Assembly (NCBI GenBank): GCA_043228905.1
Contig: JBHGNT010000002.1
Coordinates: 186,001-250,000 of the forward strand
Source: Azolla caroliniana
Lineage: Eukaryota > Plantae > Polypodiophyta
DNA: 64,000 nt
Direction of reading: 5' to 3'
The notes under the pieces: generated by a model
Told to the model about the DNA's origin: nothing
Databases searched by the model: none
What the model saw: the letters and a program-made list of their open reading frames with translations, nothing else
In this document: positions 14,116 through 28,600 of the stretch, in pieces
Layout of the letters: every line of letters begins with the position of its first letter
Numbering within the stretch: position 1 is the first letter of the stretch
Program-made: the position numbers and the translations under genes

Positions 14116-17100
14116 GTGTTGTTAGCTTCGATTCGCATGTTTGAACACAAAAATCCGATATCACACGAGCCAGGTATGAACATTTTCATTTACCAACTAG
14201 CTCTTCTCAACTCACTCCTTAAATTTGGTATTTTCGTCATGTCTCTCGACCTGAGTTTCAAAATCTTGAATTTTCAATTCAATATCATGGTAGCGTTGTT
14301 AGCTTCGATTCGCATGTTTGAACACAAAAATCCGATATCACACGAGCCAGATATGAACATTTTAATTTACCTACTAGCTCTTCTCAACTCACTCATCAAA
14401 TTTGGTAATTTCGTCATGTCTCTCGACCTGAGTTTCAAAATCTTGATTTTTTAATTCGATATCATATCTAGCGTTGTTAGCTTCGATTCGCATGTCTGAA
14501 CACAAAAATCCGATATTACACGATCCAGCTATGAACATTTTAATTTACTGAAGGGCTCCTCTCAACGCACTACTCATGTTTGCTAATTTCGTCATGTCTC
14601 TGGACCTGAGTTTCAAAACCTTGATTTTTGACTTCCATATCATAGCTAGCATTGTTAGCTTCAATTCGCATGTCTGAACACAAAAATCCGATATCACACG
14701 AGCCAGGTATGAACATTTTCATTTACCCACTAGCTCTTCTCAACTCACTCCTTAAATTTGGTATTTTCGTCATGTCTCTCGACCTGAGTTTCAAAATCTT
14801 GATTTTTTAATTCCATATCATAGCTAGCGTTGTTAGCTTCGATTCGCATGTTTGAACACAAAAATCCGATATCACACGAGCCAGGTATGAACATTTTCAT
14901 TTACTAACTAGCTCTTCTCAACTCACTCCTCAAATTTGGTAATTTTGTCATGTCTCTCGACCTGAGTTTCAAAATCTTGATTTTTAAATTCCATGTCATA
15001 GCTAGCGTTGTTAGCTTCGATTCGCATGTTTGAACACAAAAATCCGATATCACACGAGCCAGGTATCAACATTTTAATTTACTCAAGGGCTCCTCTCAAC
15101 TCAATCCTCAAATTTGCTAATTTCGTCATGTCTCTCGACCTGAGTTTCAAAATCTTGATTTTTGAATTCCATATCATAGCTAGCGTTGTTAGCTTCGATT
15201 CGCATGTTTGAACATAAATATCCGATATCACACGAGCCAGGTATGAACATTTTAATTTACTCAAGGGCTCCTCTCAACTCACTCCTCAAATTTGGTAATT
15301 TCATCATGTCTCTCCACCTGACTTTCAAAATCTTGATTTTTGAATTCCATATCATAGCTAGCGTTGTTAGCTTCGATTCGCATGTTTGAACACAAAAATC
15401 CGATATCACACAAGCCAGGTATGAACATTTTAATTTACCTCCTAGCTCTTCTCAACTCAATCCTCAAATTTGGTAATTTCGTCATGTCTCTCGACCTGAG
15501 TTTCAAAATCTTTATTTTTTAATTCCATATCATAGCTAGCGTTGTTAGCTTCGATTCGCATGTTTGAACACAAAAATCCGATATCACACGAGCCAGGTAT
15601 GAACATTTTCATTTACCAACTAGCTCTTCTCAACTCACTCCTTAAATTTGGTATTTTCGTCATGTCTCTCGACCTGAGTTTCAAAATCTTGAATTTTCAA
15701 TTCCATATCATGGTAGCGTTGTTAGCTTCGATTCGCATGTTTGAACACAAAAATCCGATATCACACGAGCCAGGTATGAACATTTTAATTTACCTACTAG
15801 CTCTTCTCAACTCACTCATCAAATTTGGTAATTTCGTCATGTCTCTCGACCTGAGTTTCAAAATCTTGATTTTTTAATTCGATATCATAGCTAGCGTTGT
15901 TAGCTTCGATTCGCATGTTTGAACACAAAAATCCGATATCACACGAGCCAGGTATCAACATTTTAATTTAGTCAAGGGCTCCTCTCAACTCACTACTCAT
16001 GTTTGCTAATTTCGTCATGTCTCTCGACCTGAGTTTCAAAATCTTGATTTTTGAATTCCATATCATAGCTAGCGTTGTTAGCTTCGATTCGCATGTTTGA
16101 ACATAAATATCCGATATCACACGAGCCAGGTATGAACATTTTAATTTACTCAAGGGCTCCTCTCAACTCACTCCTCAAATTTGGTAATTTCATCATGTCT
16201 CTCCACCTGACTTTCAAAATCTTGATTTTTCAATTCCATATCATAGCTAGCGTTGTTAGCTTCGATTCGCATGTTTGAACACAAAAATCCGATATCACAC
16301 AAGCCAGGTATGAACATTTTAATTTACCTCCTAGCTCTTCTCAACTCAATCCTCAAATTTGGTAATTTCGTCATGTCTCTCGACCTGAGTTTCAAAATCT
16401 TTATTTTTTAATTCCATATCATAGCTAGCGTTGTTAGCTTCGATTCGCATGTTTGAACACAAAAATCCGATATCACACGAGCCAGGTATGAACATTTTCA
16501 TTTACCAACTAGCTCTTCTCAACTCACTCCTTAAATTTGGTATTTTCGTCATGTCTCTCGACCTGAGTTTCAAAATCTTGAATTTTCAATTCCATATCAT
16601 GGTAGCGTTGTTAGCTTCGATTCGCATGTTTGAACACAAAAATCCGATATCACACGAGCCAGGTATGAACATTTTAATTTACCTACTAGCTCTTCTCAAC
16701 TCACTCATCAAATTTGGTAATTTCGTCATGTCTCTCGACCTGAGTTTCAAAATCTTGATTTTTTAATTCGATATCATAGCTAGCGTTGGTAGCTTCGATT
16801 CGCATGTCTGAACACAAAAATCCGATATTACACGAGCCAGCTATGAACATTTTAATTTACTGAAGGGCTCCTCTCAACGCACTACTCATGTTTGCTAATT
16901 TCGTCATGTCTCTGGACCTGAGTTTCAAAAACTTGATTTTTGACTTCCATATCATAGCTAGCATTGTTAGCTTCAATTCGCATGTCTGAACACAAAAATC
17001 CGATATCACACGAGCCAGGTATGAACATTTTCATTTACCCACTAGCTCTTCTCAACTCACTCCTTAAATTTGGTATTTTCGTCATGTCTCTCGACCTGAG

Positions 17101-17900
17101 TTTCAAAATCTTGATTTTTTAATTCCATATCATAGCTAGCGTTGTTAGCTTCGATTCGCATGTTTGAACACAAAAATCCGATATCACACGAGCCAAGTAT
17201 GAACATTTTCATTTACTAACTAGCTCTTCTCAACTCACTCCTCAAATTTGGTAATTTTGTCATGTCTCTCGACCTGAGTTTCAAAATCTTGATTTTTAAA
17301 TTCCATATCATAGCTAGCGTTGTTAGCTTCGATTCGCATGTTTGAACACAAAAATCCGATATCACACGAGCCAGGTATCAACATTTTAATTTACTCAAGG
17401 GCTCCTCTCAACTCACTACTCATGTTTGCTAATTTCGTCATGTCTCTCGACCTGAGTTTCAAAATCTTGATTTTTGAATTCCATATCATAGCTAGCGTTG
17501 TTAGCTTCGATTCGCATGTTTGAACATAAATATCCGATATCACACGAGCCAGGTATGAACATTTTAATTTACTCAAGGGCTCCTCTCAACTCACTCCTCA
17601 AATTTGGTAATTTCATCATGTCTCTCCACCTGACTTTCAAAATCTTGATTTTTCAATTCCATATCATAGCTAGCGTTGTTAGCTTCGATTCGCATGTTTG
17701 AACACAAAAATCCGATATCACACAAGCCAGGTATGAACATTTTAATTTACCTCCTAGCTCTTCTCAACTCAATCCTCAAATTTGGTAATTTCGTCATGTC
17801 TCTCGACCTGAGTTTCAAAATCTTTATTTTTTAATTCCATATCATAGCTAGCGTTGTTAGCTTCGATTCGCATGTTTGAACACAAAAATCCGATATCACA
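14116..17900. repeat. Local higher-order repeats with periods of 2312 bp (13-mer) and 889 bp (5-mer)
   Basis: ORF pairs 15008/17320 and 15186/17498 (2312 bp) and 15542/16431 and 15186/16075 (889 bp); shared 1-bp deletion atcatggtagcg. Confidence 0.8.
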
Positions 17901-19689
17901 CAAGCCAGGTATGAACATTTTAATTTACTCAAGGGCTCCTCTCAACTCCCTCCTCATGTTTGGTAATTTCGTCATGTCTCTCGACCTGAGTTTCAAAATC
18001 TCGATTTTTTAATTCCATATCATAGCTAGCGTTGTGAGCTTCGATTCGCATGTTTGAACACTGATATCCGATATCACACGAGCCAGGTATGAACATTTTA
18101 ATTTACTCAAGGGCTCCTCTCAACTCACTCCTCAAATTTGGTAATTTAATCATGTCTCTCGACCTGACTTTTAAAATCTTGATTTTTCAATTCCATATCA
18201 TAGCTAGCGTTGTTAGCTTCGATTCGCATGTTTGAACACAAAAATCCGATATCACACAAGCTAGGTATGAACATTTTAATTTACCTCCTAGCTCTTCTCA
18301 ACTAAATCCTCAAATTTGGTAATTTCGTCATGTCTCTCGACCTGAGTTTCAAAATCTTGATTTTTTAATTCCATATCATAGCCAGCGTAGTTATCTTCGA
18401 TTCGCATGTTTGAACACAAAAATCCGATATCACACAAGCCAGGTATGAACATTTTAATTTACTCAAGGGCTCCTCTCAACCCCCTCCTCATGTTTGCTAA
18501 TTTCGTCGTGTCTCTCGACCTGAGTTTCAAAATTTTGATTTATTAATTCCATATCATTGCTAGCGTTCTTAGCTTTGATTCGCATATTTCAACACAAAAA
18601 TGCGATATCACACGAGCCAGGTATGACCATTTTAATTTACTCGAGGGCTCTTCTTAACCTTCTCCTCAAATTTGTTAATTTCTTCATGTCTCTCGACCTG
18701 AGTAACAAAATCTTGATTTTTTGATTCCATATCATAGCTAGTGTTGTTAGCTTCGATTCGCATGTTTGAACACAAAAATCCGATATCACACAAGCCAGGT
18801 ACGACTATTTTAATTTACTCACCGGCTTGTCTCAAGTCCCTCCTGAAATTTTCTAATTTCTTCATGTGTCTGGATCTGAGTTTCAAAATCTTGATTTTTT
18901 AATTCCATATCATAGCTAGCGTTTTTAACTTCGATTCGCATGTTTTGACACAAAAATTCGATATCACACAACCAGGTATGACCATTTTAATTTACTCACG
19001 CGCTCTTCTCAAGTCCCTCCTCAAATTTGCTATTTTCTTCATGTCTCTAGACCTGAGTTTCAAAATCTTGATTTTTTAATTCTATATCATAGCTAGCGTT
19101 GTTAATTTCGATACGCATGTTTGAACACAAAAATCCGATATCACACGAGCAAGGTACGACCATTTTAATTTACTCACGGGCTCTTCTCAAGTCCCTCCTC
19201 AAATTTTCTAATTTCTTATGTCTCTCAACCTGAGTTTCAAAATCTTAATTTTTTAATTCCATATCATAGCTAGCGTTGTTGGCTTCGATACGCATGTTTG
19301 AACACAAAAATCTGATATCACACGAGCCCGGTACGACCATTTTAATTTACTAACGCGCTCTTGTCAAATCCCTCCTCCAATTTTCTAATTTCTTCATGTC
19401 TCTCGACCTGAGTTTGAAAATCTTGATTTTCTAATTCCATACCATAGCTAGCATTGTTAGCTTCGATACGCATGCTTGAACACCAAAATCCGATATCACA
19501 CGAGCCAGGTATGCCCATTTTAATTTACTCGAGGGCTCTTCTTAACCTTCTCCTCAAATTTGTTAATTTCTTCATGTCTCTCGACCTGAGTAACAAAATC
19601 TTGATTTTTTGATTCCATATCATAGCTAGCGTTGTTAGCTTCGATTCGCATGTTTGAACACAAAAATCCGATATCACACGAGCCAGGTA

Positions 19690-22600
19690 TGAACATTTTA
19701 ATTCTATATCATAGCTAGCGTTGTTAATTTCGATACGCATGTTTGAACACAAAAATCCGATATCACACGAGCCAGGTACGACCATTTTAATTTACTCACG
19801 GGCTCTTCTCAAGTCCCTCCTCAAATTCTCTAATTTCCTATGTCTCTCAACCTGAGTTTCGAAATCTTAATTTTTTAATTCCATATCATAGCTAGAGTTG
19901 TTAGCTTCGATACGCATGTTTGAACACAAAAATCCGATATCACACGAGCCAGGTACGACCATTTTAATTTACTCAAGGGCTCTTGTCAAATCCCTCCTCC
20001 AATTTTCTAATTTCTTCATGTCTCTCGACCTGAGTTTTTCGAAATCTTGATTTTCTAATTCCATACCATAGCTAGCGTTGTTAGCTTCGATACGCATGTT
20101 TGAACACCAAAATCCGATATCACACGAGCCAGGTATGACCATTTTAATTTACTCACCGGCTTGTCTCAAGTCCCTCCTCAAATTTTCTAATTTCTTCATG
20201 TATCTCGACCTGAGTTTCAAAATCTTGATTTTTTAATTCCATATCATAGCTAGTGTTGTTAACTTCGATTCGCATGTTTGGACACAAAAATCCGATATCA
20301 CACAACCAGGTATGACCATTTTAATTTACTCACGGGCTCTTCTCAAGTCCCTCCTCAAATTTGCTATTTTCTTCATGTCTCTGGACCTAAGTTTGAAAAT
20401 CTTTATTTTTTAATTCTATATCATTGCTAGCGTTGTTAGCTTCGATACGAAGTTTGAACACAGAAATCCGATATCACACGAGCCACCCTAAACCATTTTA
20501 ATTTACTCACGGGCACTTCTCAACTCGCTCCTCAAATTTGCTATTTTCTTCATTTCTCTCGGCCCGATTTTCAAAATCTTGATTTTTTAATTCTATGTCA
20601 TAGCTAGCGTTGTTAACTTCGATTCGCATGTTTGAACACAAAAATCCGATATCACATGAACCAGGTACGACCATTATGATTTACTCACGGGCTCTTCTCA
20701 ACTCCCTCCTGAAATTTTCTAATTTCTTCATGTCTTTTGACCTGAGTTTCAAAATCTTGATTGTTTCAGTCCATATCAAAGCAAGCGTTGTTAGCTTCGA
20801 TTCGCATGTTTGAACACAAAAATCCAATATCACACAAGCCAGGTACGACCATTTTAATTTACTCACCGGATTGTCTCAAGTCCCTCCTCAAATTTTCTAA
20901 TTTCTTCATGTGTCTGGACCTGAGTTTCAAAATCTTGATTTTTTAATTCCATATCATAGCTAGCGTTGTTAACTTCGATTCGCATGTTTTGACACAAAAA
21001 TTCGATATCACACAACCAGGTATGACCATTTTAATTCTATATCATAGCTAGCGTTGTTAATTTCGATACGCATGTTTGAACACAAAAATCCGATATCACA
21101 CGAGCCAGGTACGACCATTTTAATTTACTCACGGGCTCTTCTCAAGTCCCTCCTCAAATTCTCTAATGTCCTATGTCTCTCAACCTGAGTTTCAAAATCT
21201 TAATTTTTTAATTCCATATCATAGCTAGAGTTGTTAGCTTCGATACGCATGTTTGAACACAAAAATCCGATATCACACGAGCCAGGTACGACCATTTTAA
21301 TTTACTCAAGGGCTCTTGTCAAATCCCTCCTCCAATTTTCTAATTTCTTCATGTCTCTCGACCTGAGTTTTTCGAAATCTTGATTTTCTAATTCCATACC
21401 ATAGCTAGCGTTGTTAGCTTCGATACGCATGTTTGAACACCAAAATCCGATATCACACGAGCCAGGTATGACCATTTTAATTTACTCACCGGCTTGTCTC
21501 AAGTCCCTCCTCAAATTTTCTAATTTCTTCATGTATCTCGACCTGAGTTTCAAAATCTTGATTTTTTAATTCCATATCATAGCTAGTGTTGTTAACTTCG
21601 ATTCGCATGTTTGGACACAAAAATCCGATATCACACAACCAGGTATGACCATTTTAATTTACTCACGGGCTCTTCTCAAGTCCCTCCTCAAATTTGCTAT
21701 TTTCTTCATGTCTCTGGACCTAAGTTTGAAAATCTTTATTTTTTAATTCTATATCATTGCTAGCGTTGTTAGCTTCGATACGAAGTTTGAACACAGAAAT
21801 CCGATATCACACGAGCCACCCTAAACCATTTTAATTTACTCACGGGCACTTCTCAACTCGCTCCTCAAATTTGCTATTTTCTTCATTTCTCTCGGCCCGA
21901 TTTTCAAAATCTTGATTTTTTAATTCTATGTCATAGCTAGCGTTGTTAACTTCGATTCGCATGTTTGAACACAAAAATCCGATATCACATGAACCAGGTA
22001 CGACCATTATGATTTACTCACGGGCTCTTCTCAACTCCCTCCTGAAATTTTCTAATTTCTTCATGTCTTTTGACCTGAGTTTCAAAATCTTGATTGTTTC
22101 AGTCCATATCAAAGCAAGCGTTGTTAGCTTCGATTCGCATGTTTGAACACAAAAATCCAATATCACACAAGCCAGGTACGACCATTTTAATTTACTCACC
22201 GGATTGTCTCAAGTCCCTCCTCAAATTTTCTAATTTCTTCATGTGTCTGGACCTGAGTTTCAAAATCTTGATTTTTTAATTCCATATCATAGCTAGCGTT
22301 GTTAACTTCGATTCGCATGTTTTGACACAAAAATTCGATATCACACAACCAGGTATGACCATTTTAATTCTATATCATAGCTAGCGTTGTTAATTTCGAT
22401 ACGCATGTTTGAACACAAAAATCCGATATCACACGAGCCAGGTACGACCATTTTAATTTACTCACGGGCTCTTCTCAAGTCCCTCCTCAAATTCTCTAAT
22501 GTCCTATGTCTCTCAACCTGAGTTTCAAAATCTTAATTTTTTAATTCCATATCATAGCTAGAGTTGTTAGCTTCGATACGCATGTTTGAACACAAAAATC

Positions 22601-25600
22601 CGATATCACACGAGCCAGGTACGACCATTTTAATTTACTCAAGGGCTCTTGTCAAATCCCTCCTCCAATTTTCTAATTTCTTCATGTCTCTCGACCTGAG
22701 TTTTTCGAAATCTTGATTTTCTAATTCCATACCATAGCTAGCGTTGTTAGCTTCGATACGCATGTTTGAACACCAAAATCCGATATCACACGAGCCAGGT
22801 ATGACCATTTTAATTTACTCACCGGCTTGTCTCAAGTCCCTCCTCAAATTTTCTAATTTCTTCATGTATCTCGACCTGAGTTTCAAAATCTTGATTTTTT
22901 AATTCCATATCATAGCTAGTGTTGTTAACTTCGATTCGCATGTTTGGACACAAAAATCCGATATCACACAACCAGGTATGACCATTTTAATTTACTCACG
23001 GGCTCTTCTCAAGTCCCTCCTCAAATTTGCTATTTTCTTCATGTCTCTGGACCTAAGTTTGAAAATCTTTATTTTTTAATTCTATATCATTGCTAGCGTT
23101 GTTAGCTTCGATACGAAGTTTGAACACAGAAATCCGATATCACACGAGCCACCCTAAACCATTTTAATTTACTCACGGGCACTTCTCAACTCGCTCCTCA
23201 AATTTGCTATTTTCTTCATTTCTCTCGGCCCGATTTTCAAAATCTTGATTTTTTAATTCTATGTCATAGCTAGCGTTGTTAACTTCGATTCGCATGTTTG
23301 AACACAAAAATCCGATATCACATGAACCAGGTACGACCATTATGATTTACTCACGGGCTCTTCTCAACTCCCTCCTGAAATTTTCTAATTTCTTCATGTC
23401 TTTTGACCTGAGTTTCAAAATCTTGATTGTTTCAGTCCATATCAAAGCAAGCGTTGTTAGCTTCGATTCGCATGTTTGAACACAAAAATCCAATATCACA
23501 CAAGCCAGGTACGACCATTTTAATTTACTCACCGGATTGTCTCAAGTCCCTCCTCAAATTTTCTAATTTCTTCATGTGTCTGGACCTGAGTTTCAAAATC
23601 TTGATTTTTTAATTCCATATCATAGCTAGCGTTGTTAACTTCGATTCGCATGTTTTGACACAAAAATTCGATATCACACAACCAGGTATGACCATTTTAA
23701 TTCTATATCATAGCTAGCGTTGTTAATTTCGATACGCATGTTTGAACACAAAAATCCGATATCACACGAGCCAGGTACGACCATTTTAATTTACTCACGG
23801 GCTCTTCTCAAGTCCCTCCTCAAATTCTCTAATGTCCTATGTCTCTCAACCTGAGTTTCAAAATCTTAATTTTTTAATTCCATATCATAGCTAGAGTTGT
23901 TAGCTTCGATACGCATGTTTGAACACAAAAATCCGATATCACACGAGCCAGGTACGACCATTTTAATTTACTCAAGGGCTCTTGTCAAATCCCTCCTCCA
24001 ATTTTCTAATTTCTTCATGTCTCTCGACCTGAGTTTTTCGAAATCTTGATTTTCTAATTCCATACCATAGCTAGCGTTGTTAGCTTCGATACGCATGTTT
24101 GAACACCAAAATCCGATATCACACGAGCCAGGTATGACCATTTTAATTTACTCACCGGCTTGTCTCAAGTCCCTCCTCAAATTTTCTAATTTCTTCATGT
24201 ATCTCGACCTGAGTTTCAAAATCTTGATTTTTTAATTCCATATCATAGCTAGTGTTGTTAACTTCGATTCGCATGTTTGGACACAAAAATCCGATATCAC
24301 ACAACCAGGTATGACCATTTTAATTTACTCACGGGCTCTTCTCAAGTCCCTCCTCAAATTTGCTATTTTCTTCATGTCTCTGGACCTAAGTTTGAAAATC
24401 TTTATTTTTTAATTCTATATCATTGCTAGCGTTGTTAGCTTCGATACGAAGTTTGAACACAGAAATCCGATATCACACGAGCCACCCTAAACCATTTTAA
24501 TTTACTCACGGGCACTTCTCAACTCGCTCCTCAAATTTGCTATTTTCTTCATTTCTCTCGGCCCGATTTTCAAAATCTTGATTTTTTAATTCTATGTCAT
24601 AGCTAGCGTTGTTAACTTCGATTCGCATGTTTGAACACAAAAATCCGATATCACATGAACCAGGTACGACCATTATGATTTACTCACGGGCTCTTCTCAA
24701 CTCCCTCCTGAAATTTTCTAATTTCTTCATGTCTTTTGACCTGAGTTTCAAAATCTTGATTGTTTCAGTCCATATCAAAGCAAGCGTTGTTAGCTTCGAT
24801 TCGCATGTTTGAACACAAAAATCCAATATCACACAAGCCAGGTACGACCATTTTAATTTACTCACCGGATTGTCTCAAGTCCCTCCTCAAATTTTCTAAT
24901 TTCTTCATGTGTCTGGACCTGAGTTTCAAAATCTTGATTTTTTAATTCCATATCATAGCTAGCGTTGTTAACTTCGATTCGCATGTTTTGACACAAAAAT
25001 TCGATATCACACAACCAGGTATGACCATTTTAATTCTATATCATAGCTAGCGTTGTTAATTTCGATACGCATGTTTGAACACAAAAATCCGATATCACAC
25101 GAGCCAGGTACGACCATTTTAATTTACTCACGGGCTCTTCTCAAGTCCCTCCTCAAATTCTCTAATGTCCTATGTCTCTCAACCTGAGTTTCAAAATCTT
25201 AATTTTTTAATTCCATATCATAGCTAGAGTTGTTAGCTTCGATACGCATGTTTGAACACAAAAATCCGATATCACACGAGCCAGGTACGACCATTTTAAT
25301 TTACTCAAGGGCTCTTGTCAAATCCCTCCTCCAATTTTCTAATTTCTTCATGTCTCTCGACCTGAGTTTTTCGAAATCTTGATTTTCTAATTCCATACCA
25401 TAGCTAGCGTTGTTAGCTTCGATACGCATGTTTGAACACCAAAATCCGATATCACACGAGCCAGGTATGACCATTTTAATTTACTCACCGGCTTGTCTCA
25501 AGTCCCTCCTCAAATTTTCTAATTTCTTCATGTATCTCGACCTGAGTTTCAAAATCTTGATTTTTTAATTCCATATCATAGCTAGTGTTGTTAACTTCGA

Positions 25601-28600
25601 TTCGCATGTTTGGACACAAAAATCCGATATCACACAACCAGGTATGACCATTTTAATTTACTCACGGGCTCTTCTCAAGTCCCTCCTCAAATTTGCTATT
25701 TTCTTCATGTCTCTGGACCTAAGTTTGAAAATCTTTATTTTTTAATTCTATATCATTGCTAGCGTTGTTAGCTTCGATACGAAGTTTGAACACAGAAATC
25801 CGATATCACACGAGCCACCCTAAACCATTTTAATTTACTCACGGGCACTTCTCAACTCGCTCCTCAAATTTGCTATTTTCTTCATTTCTCTCGGCCCGAT
25901 TTTCAAAATCTTGATTTTTTAATTCTATGTCATAGCTAGCGTTGTTAACTTCGATTCGCATGTTTGAACACAAAAATCCGATATCACATGAACCAGGTAC
26001 GACCATTATGATTTACTCACGGGCTCTTCTCAACTCCCTCCTGAAATTTTCTAATTTCTTCATGTCTTTTGACCTGAGTTTCAAAATCTTGATTGTTTCA
26101 GTCCATATCAAAGCAAGCGTTGTTAGCTTCGATTCGCATGTTTGAACACAAAAATCCAATATCACACAAGCCAGGTACGACCATTTTAATTTACTCACCG
26201 GATTGTCTCAAGTCCCTCCTCAAATTTTCTAATTTCTTCATGTGTCTGGACCTGAGTTTCAAAATCTTGATTTTTTAATTCCATATCATAGCTAGCGTTG
26301 TTAACTTCGATTCGCATGTTTTGACACAAAAATTCGATATCACACAACCAGGTATGACCATTTTAATTCTATATCATAGCTAGCGTTGTTAATTTCGATA
26401 CGCATGTTTGAACACAAAAATCCGATATCACACGAGCCAGGTACGACCATTTTAATTTACTCACGGGCTCTTCTCAAGTCCCTCCTCAAATTCTCTAATG
26501 TCCTATGTCTCTCAACCTGAGTTTCAAAATCTTAATTTTTTAATTCCATATCATAGCTAGAGTTGTTAGCTTCGATACGCATGTTTGAACACAAAAATCC
26601 GATATCACACGAGCCAGGTACGACCATTTTAATTTACTCAAGGGCTCTTGTCAAATCCCTCCTCCAATTTTCTAATTTCTTCATGTCTCTCGACCTGAGT
26701 TTTTCGAAATCTTGATTTTCTAATTCCATACCATAGCTAGCGTTGTTAGCTTCGATACGCATGTTTGAACACCAAAATCCGATATCACACGAGCCAGGTA
26801 TGACCATTTTAATTTACTCACCGGCTTGTCTCAAGTCCCTCCTCAAATTTTCTAATTTCTTCATGTATCTCGACCTGAGTTTCAAAATCTTGATTTTTTA
26901 ATTCCATATCATAGCTAGTGTTGTTAACTTCGATTCGCATGTTTGGACACAAAAATCCGATATCACACAACCAGGTATGACCATTTTAATTTACTCACGG
27001 GCTCTTCTCAAGTCCCTCCTCAAATTTGCTATTTTCTTCATGTCTCTGGACCTAAGTTTGAAAATCTTTATTTTTTAATTCTATATCATTGCTAGCGTTG
27101 TTAGCTTCGATACGAAGTTTGAACACAGAAATCCGATATCACACGAGCCACCCTAAACCATTTTAATTTACTCACGGGCACTTCTCAACTCGCTCCTCAA
27201 ATTTGCTATTTTCTTCATTTCTCTCGGCCCGATTTTCAAAATCTTGATTTTTTAATTCTATGTCATAGCTAGCGTTGTTAACTTCGATTCGCATGTTTGA
27301 ACACAAAAATCCGATATCACATGAACCAGGTACGACCATTATGATTTACTCACGGGCTCTTCTCAACTCCCTCCTGAAATTTTCTAATTTCTTCATGTCT
27401 TTTGACCTGAGTTTCAAAATCTTGATTGTTTCAGTCCATATCAAAGCAAGCGTTGTTAGCTTCGATTCGCATGTTTGAACACAAAAATCCAATATCACAC
27501 AAGCCAGGTACGACCATTTTAATTTACTCACCGGATTGTCTCAAGTCCCTCCTCAAATTTTCTAATTTCTTCATGTGTCTGGACCTGAGTTTCAAAATCT
27601 TGATTTTTTAATTCCATATCATAGCTAGCGTTGTTAACTTCGATTCGCATGTTTTGACACAAAAATTCGATATCACACAACCAGGTATGACCATTTTAAT
27701 TCTATATCATAGCTAGCGTTGTTAATTTCGATACGCATGTTTGAACACAAAAATCCGATATCACACGAGCCAGGTACGACCATTTTAATTTACTCACGGG
27801 CTCTTCTCAAGTCCCTCCTCAAATTCTCTAATGTCCTATGTCTCTCAACCTGAGTTTCAAAATCTTAATTTTTTAATTCCATATCATAGCTAGAGTTGTT
27901 AGCTTCGATACGCATGTTTGAACACAAAAATCCGATATCACACGAGCCAGGTACGACCATTTTAATTTACTCAAGGGCTCTTGTCAAATCCCTCCTCCAA
28001 TTTTCTAATTTCTTCATGTCTCTCGACCTGAGTTTTTCGAAATCTTGATTTTCTAATTCCATACCATAGCTAGCGTTGTTAGCTTCGATACGCATGTTTG
28101 AACACCAAAATCCGATATCACACGAGCCAGGTATGACCATTTTAATTTACTCACCGGCTTGTCTCAAGTCCCTCCTCAAATTTTCTAATTTCTTCATGTA
28201 TCTCGACCTGAGTTTCAAAATCTTGATTTTTTAATTCCATATCATAGCTAGTGTTGTTAACTTCGATTCGCATGTTTGGACACAAAAATCCGATATCACA
28301 CAACCAGGTATGACCATTTTAATTTACTCACGGGCTCTTCTCAAGTCCCTCCTCAAATTTGCTATTTTCTTCATGTCTCTGGACCTAAGTTTGAAAATCT
28401 TTATTTTTTAATTCTATATCATTGCTAGCGTTGTTAGCTTCGATACGAAGTTTGAACACAGAAATCCGATATCACACGAGCCACCCTAAACAATTTTAAT
28501 TTACTCACGGGCACTTCTCAACTCGCTCCTCAAATTTGCTATTTTCTTCATTTCTCTCGGCCCGATTTTCAAAATCTTGATTTTTTAATTCTATGTCATA

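Larger units (their letters stand above)
1..18575. repeat. Satellite subfamily I
   Basis: Diagnostic variants gaacatttt, tactcaagggctcctctcaactc or tacccactagctc, and aatttcgtcatg. Confidence 0.85.
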
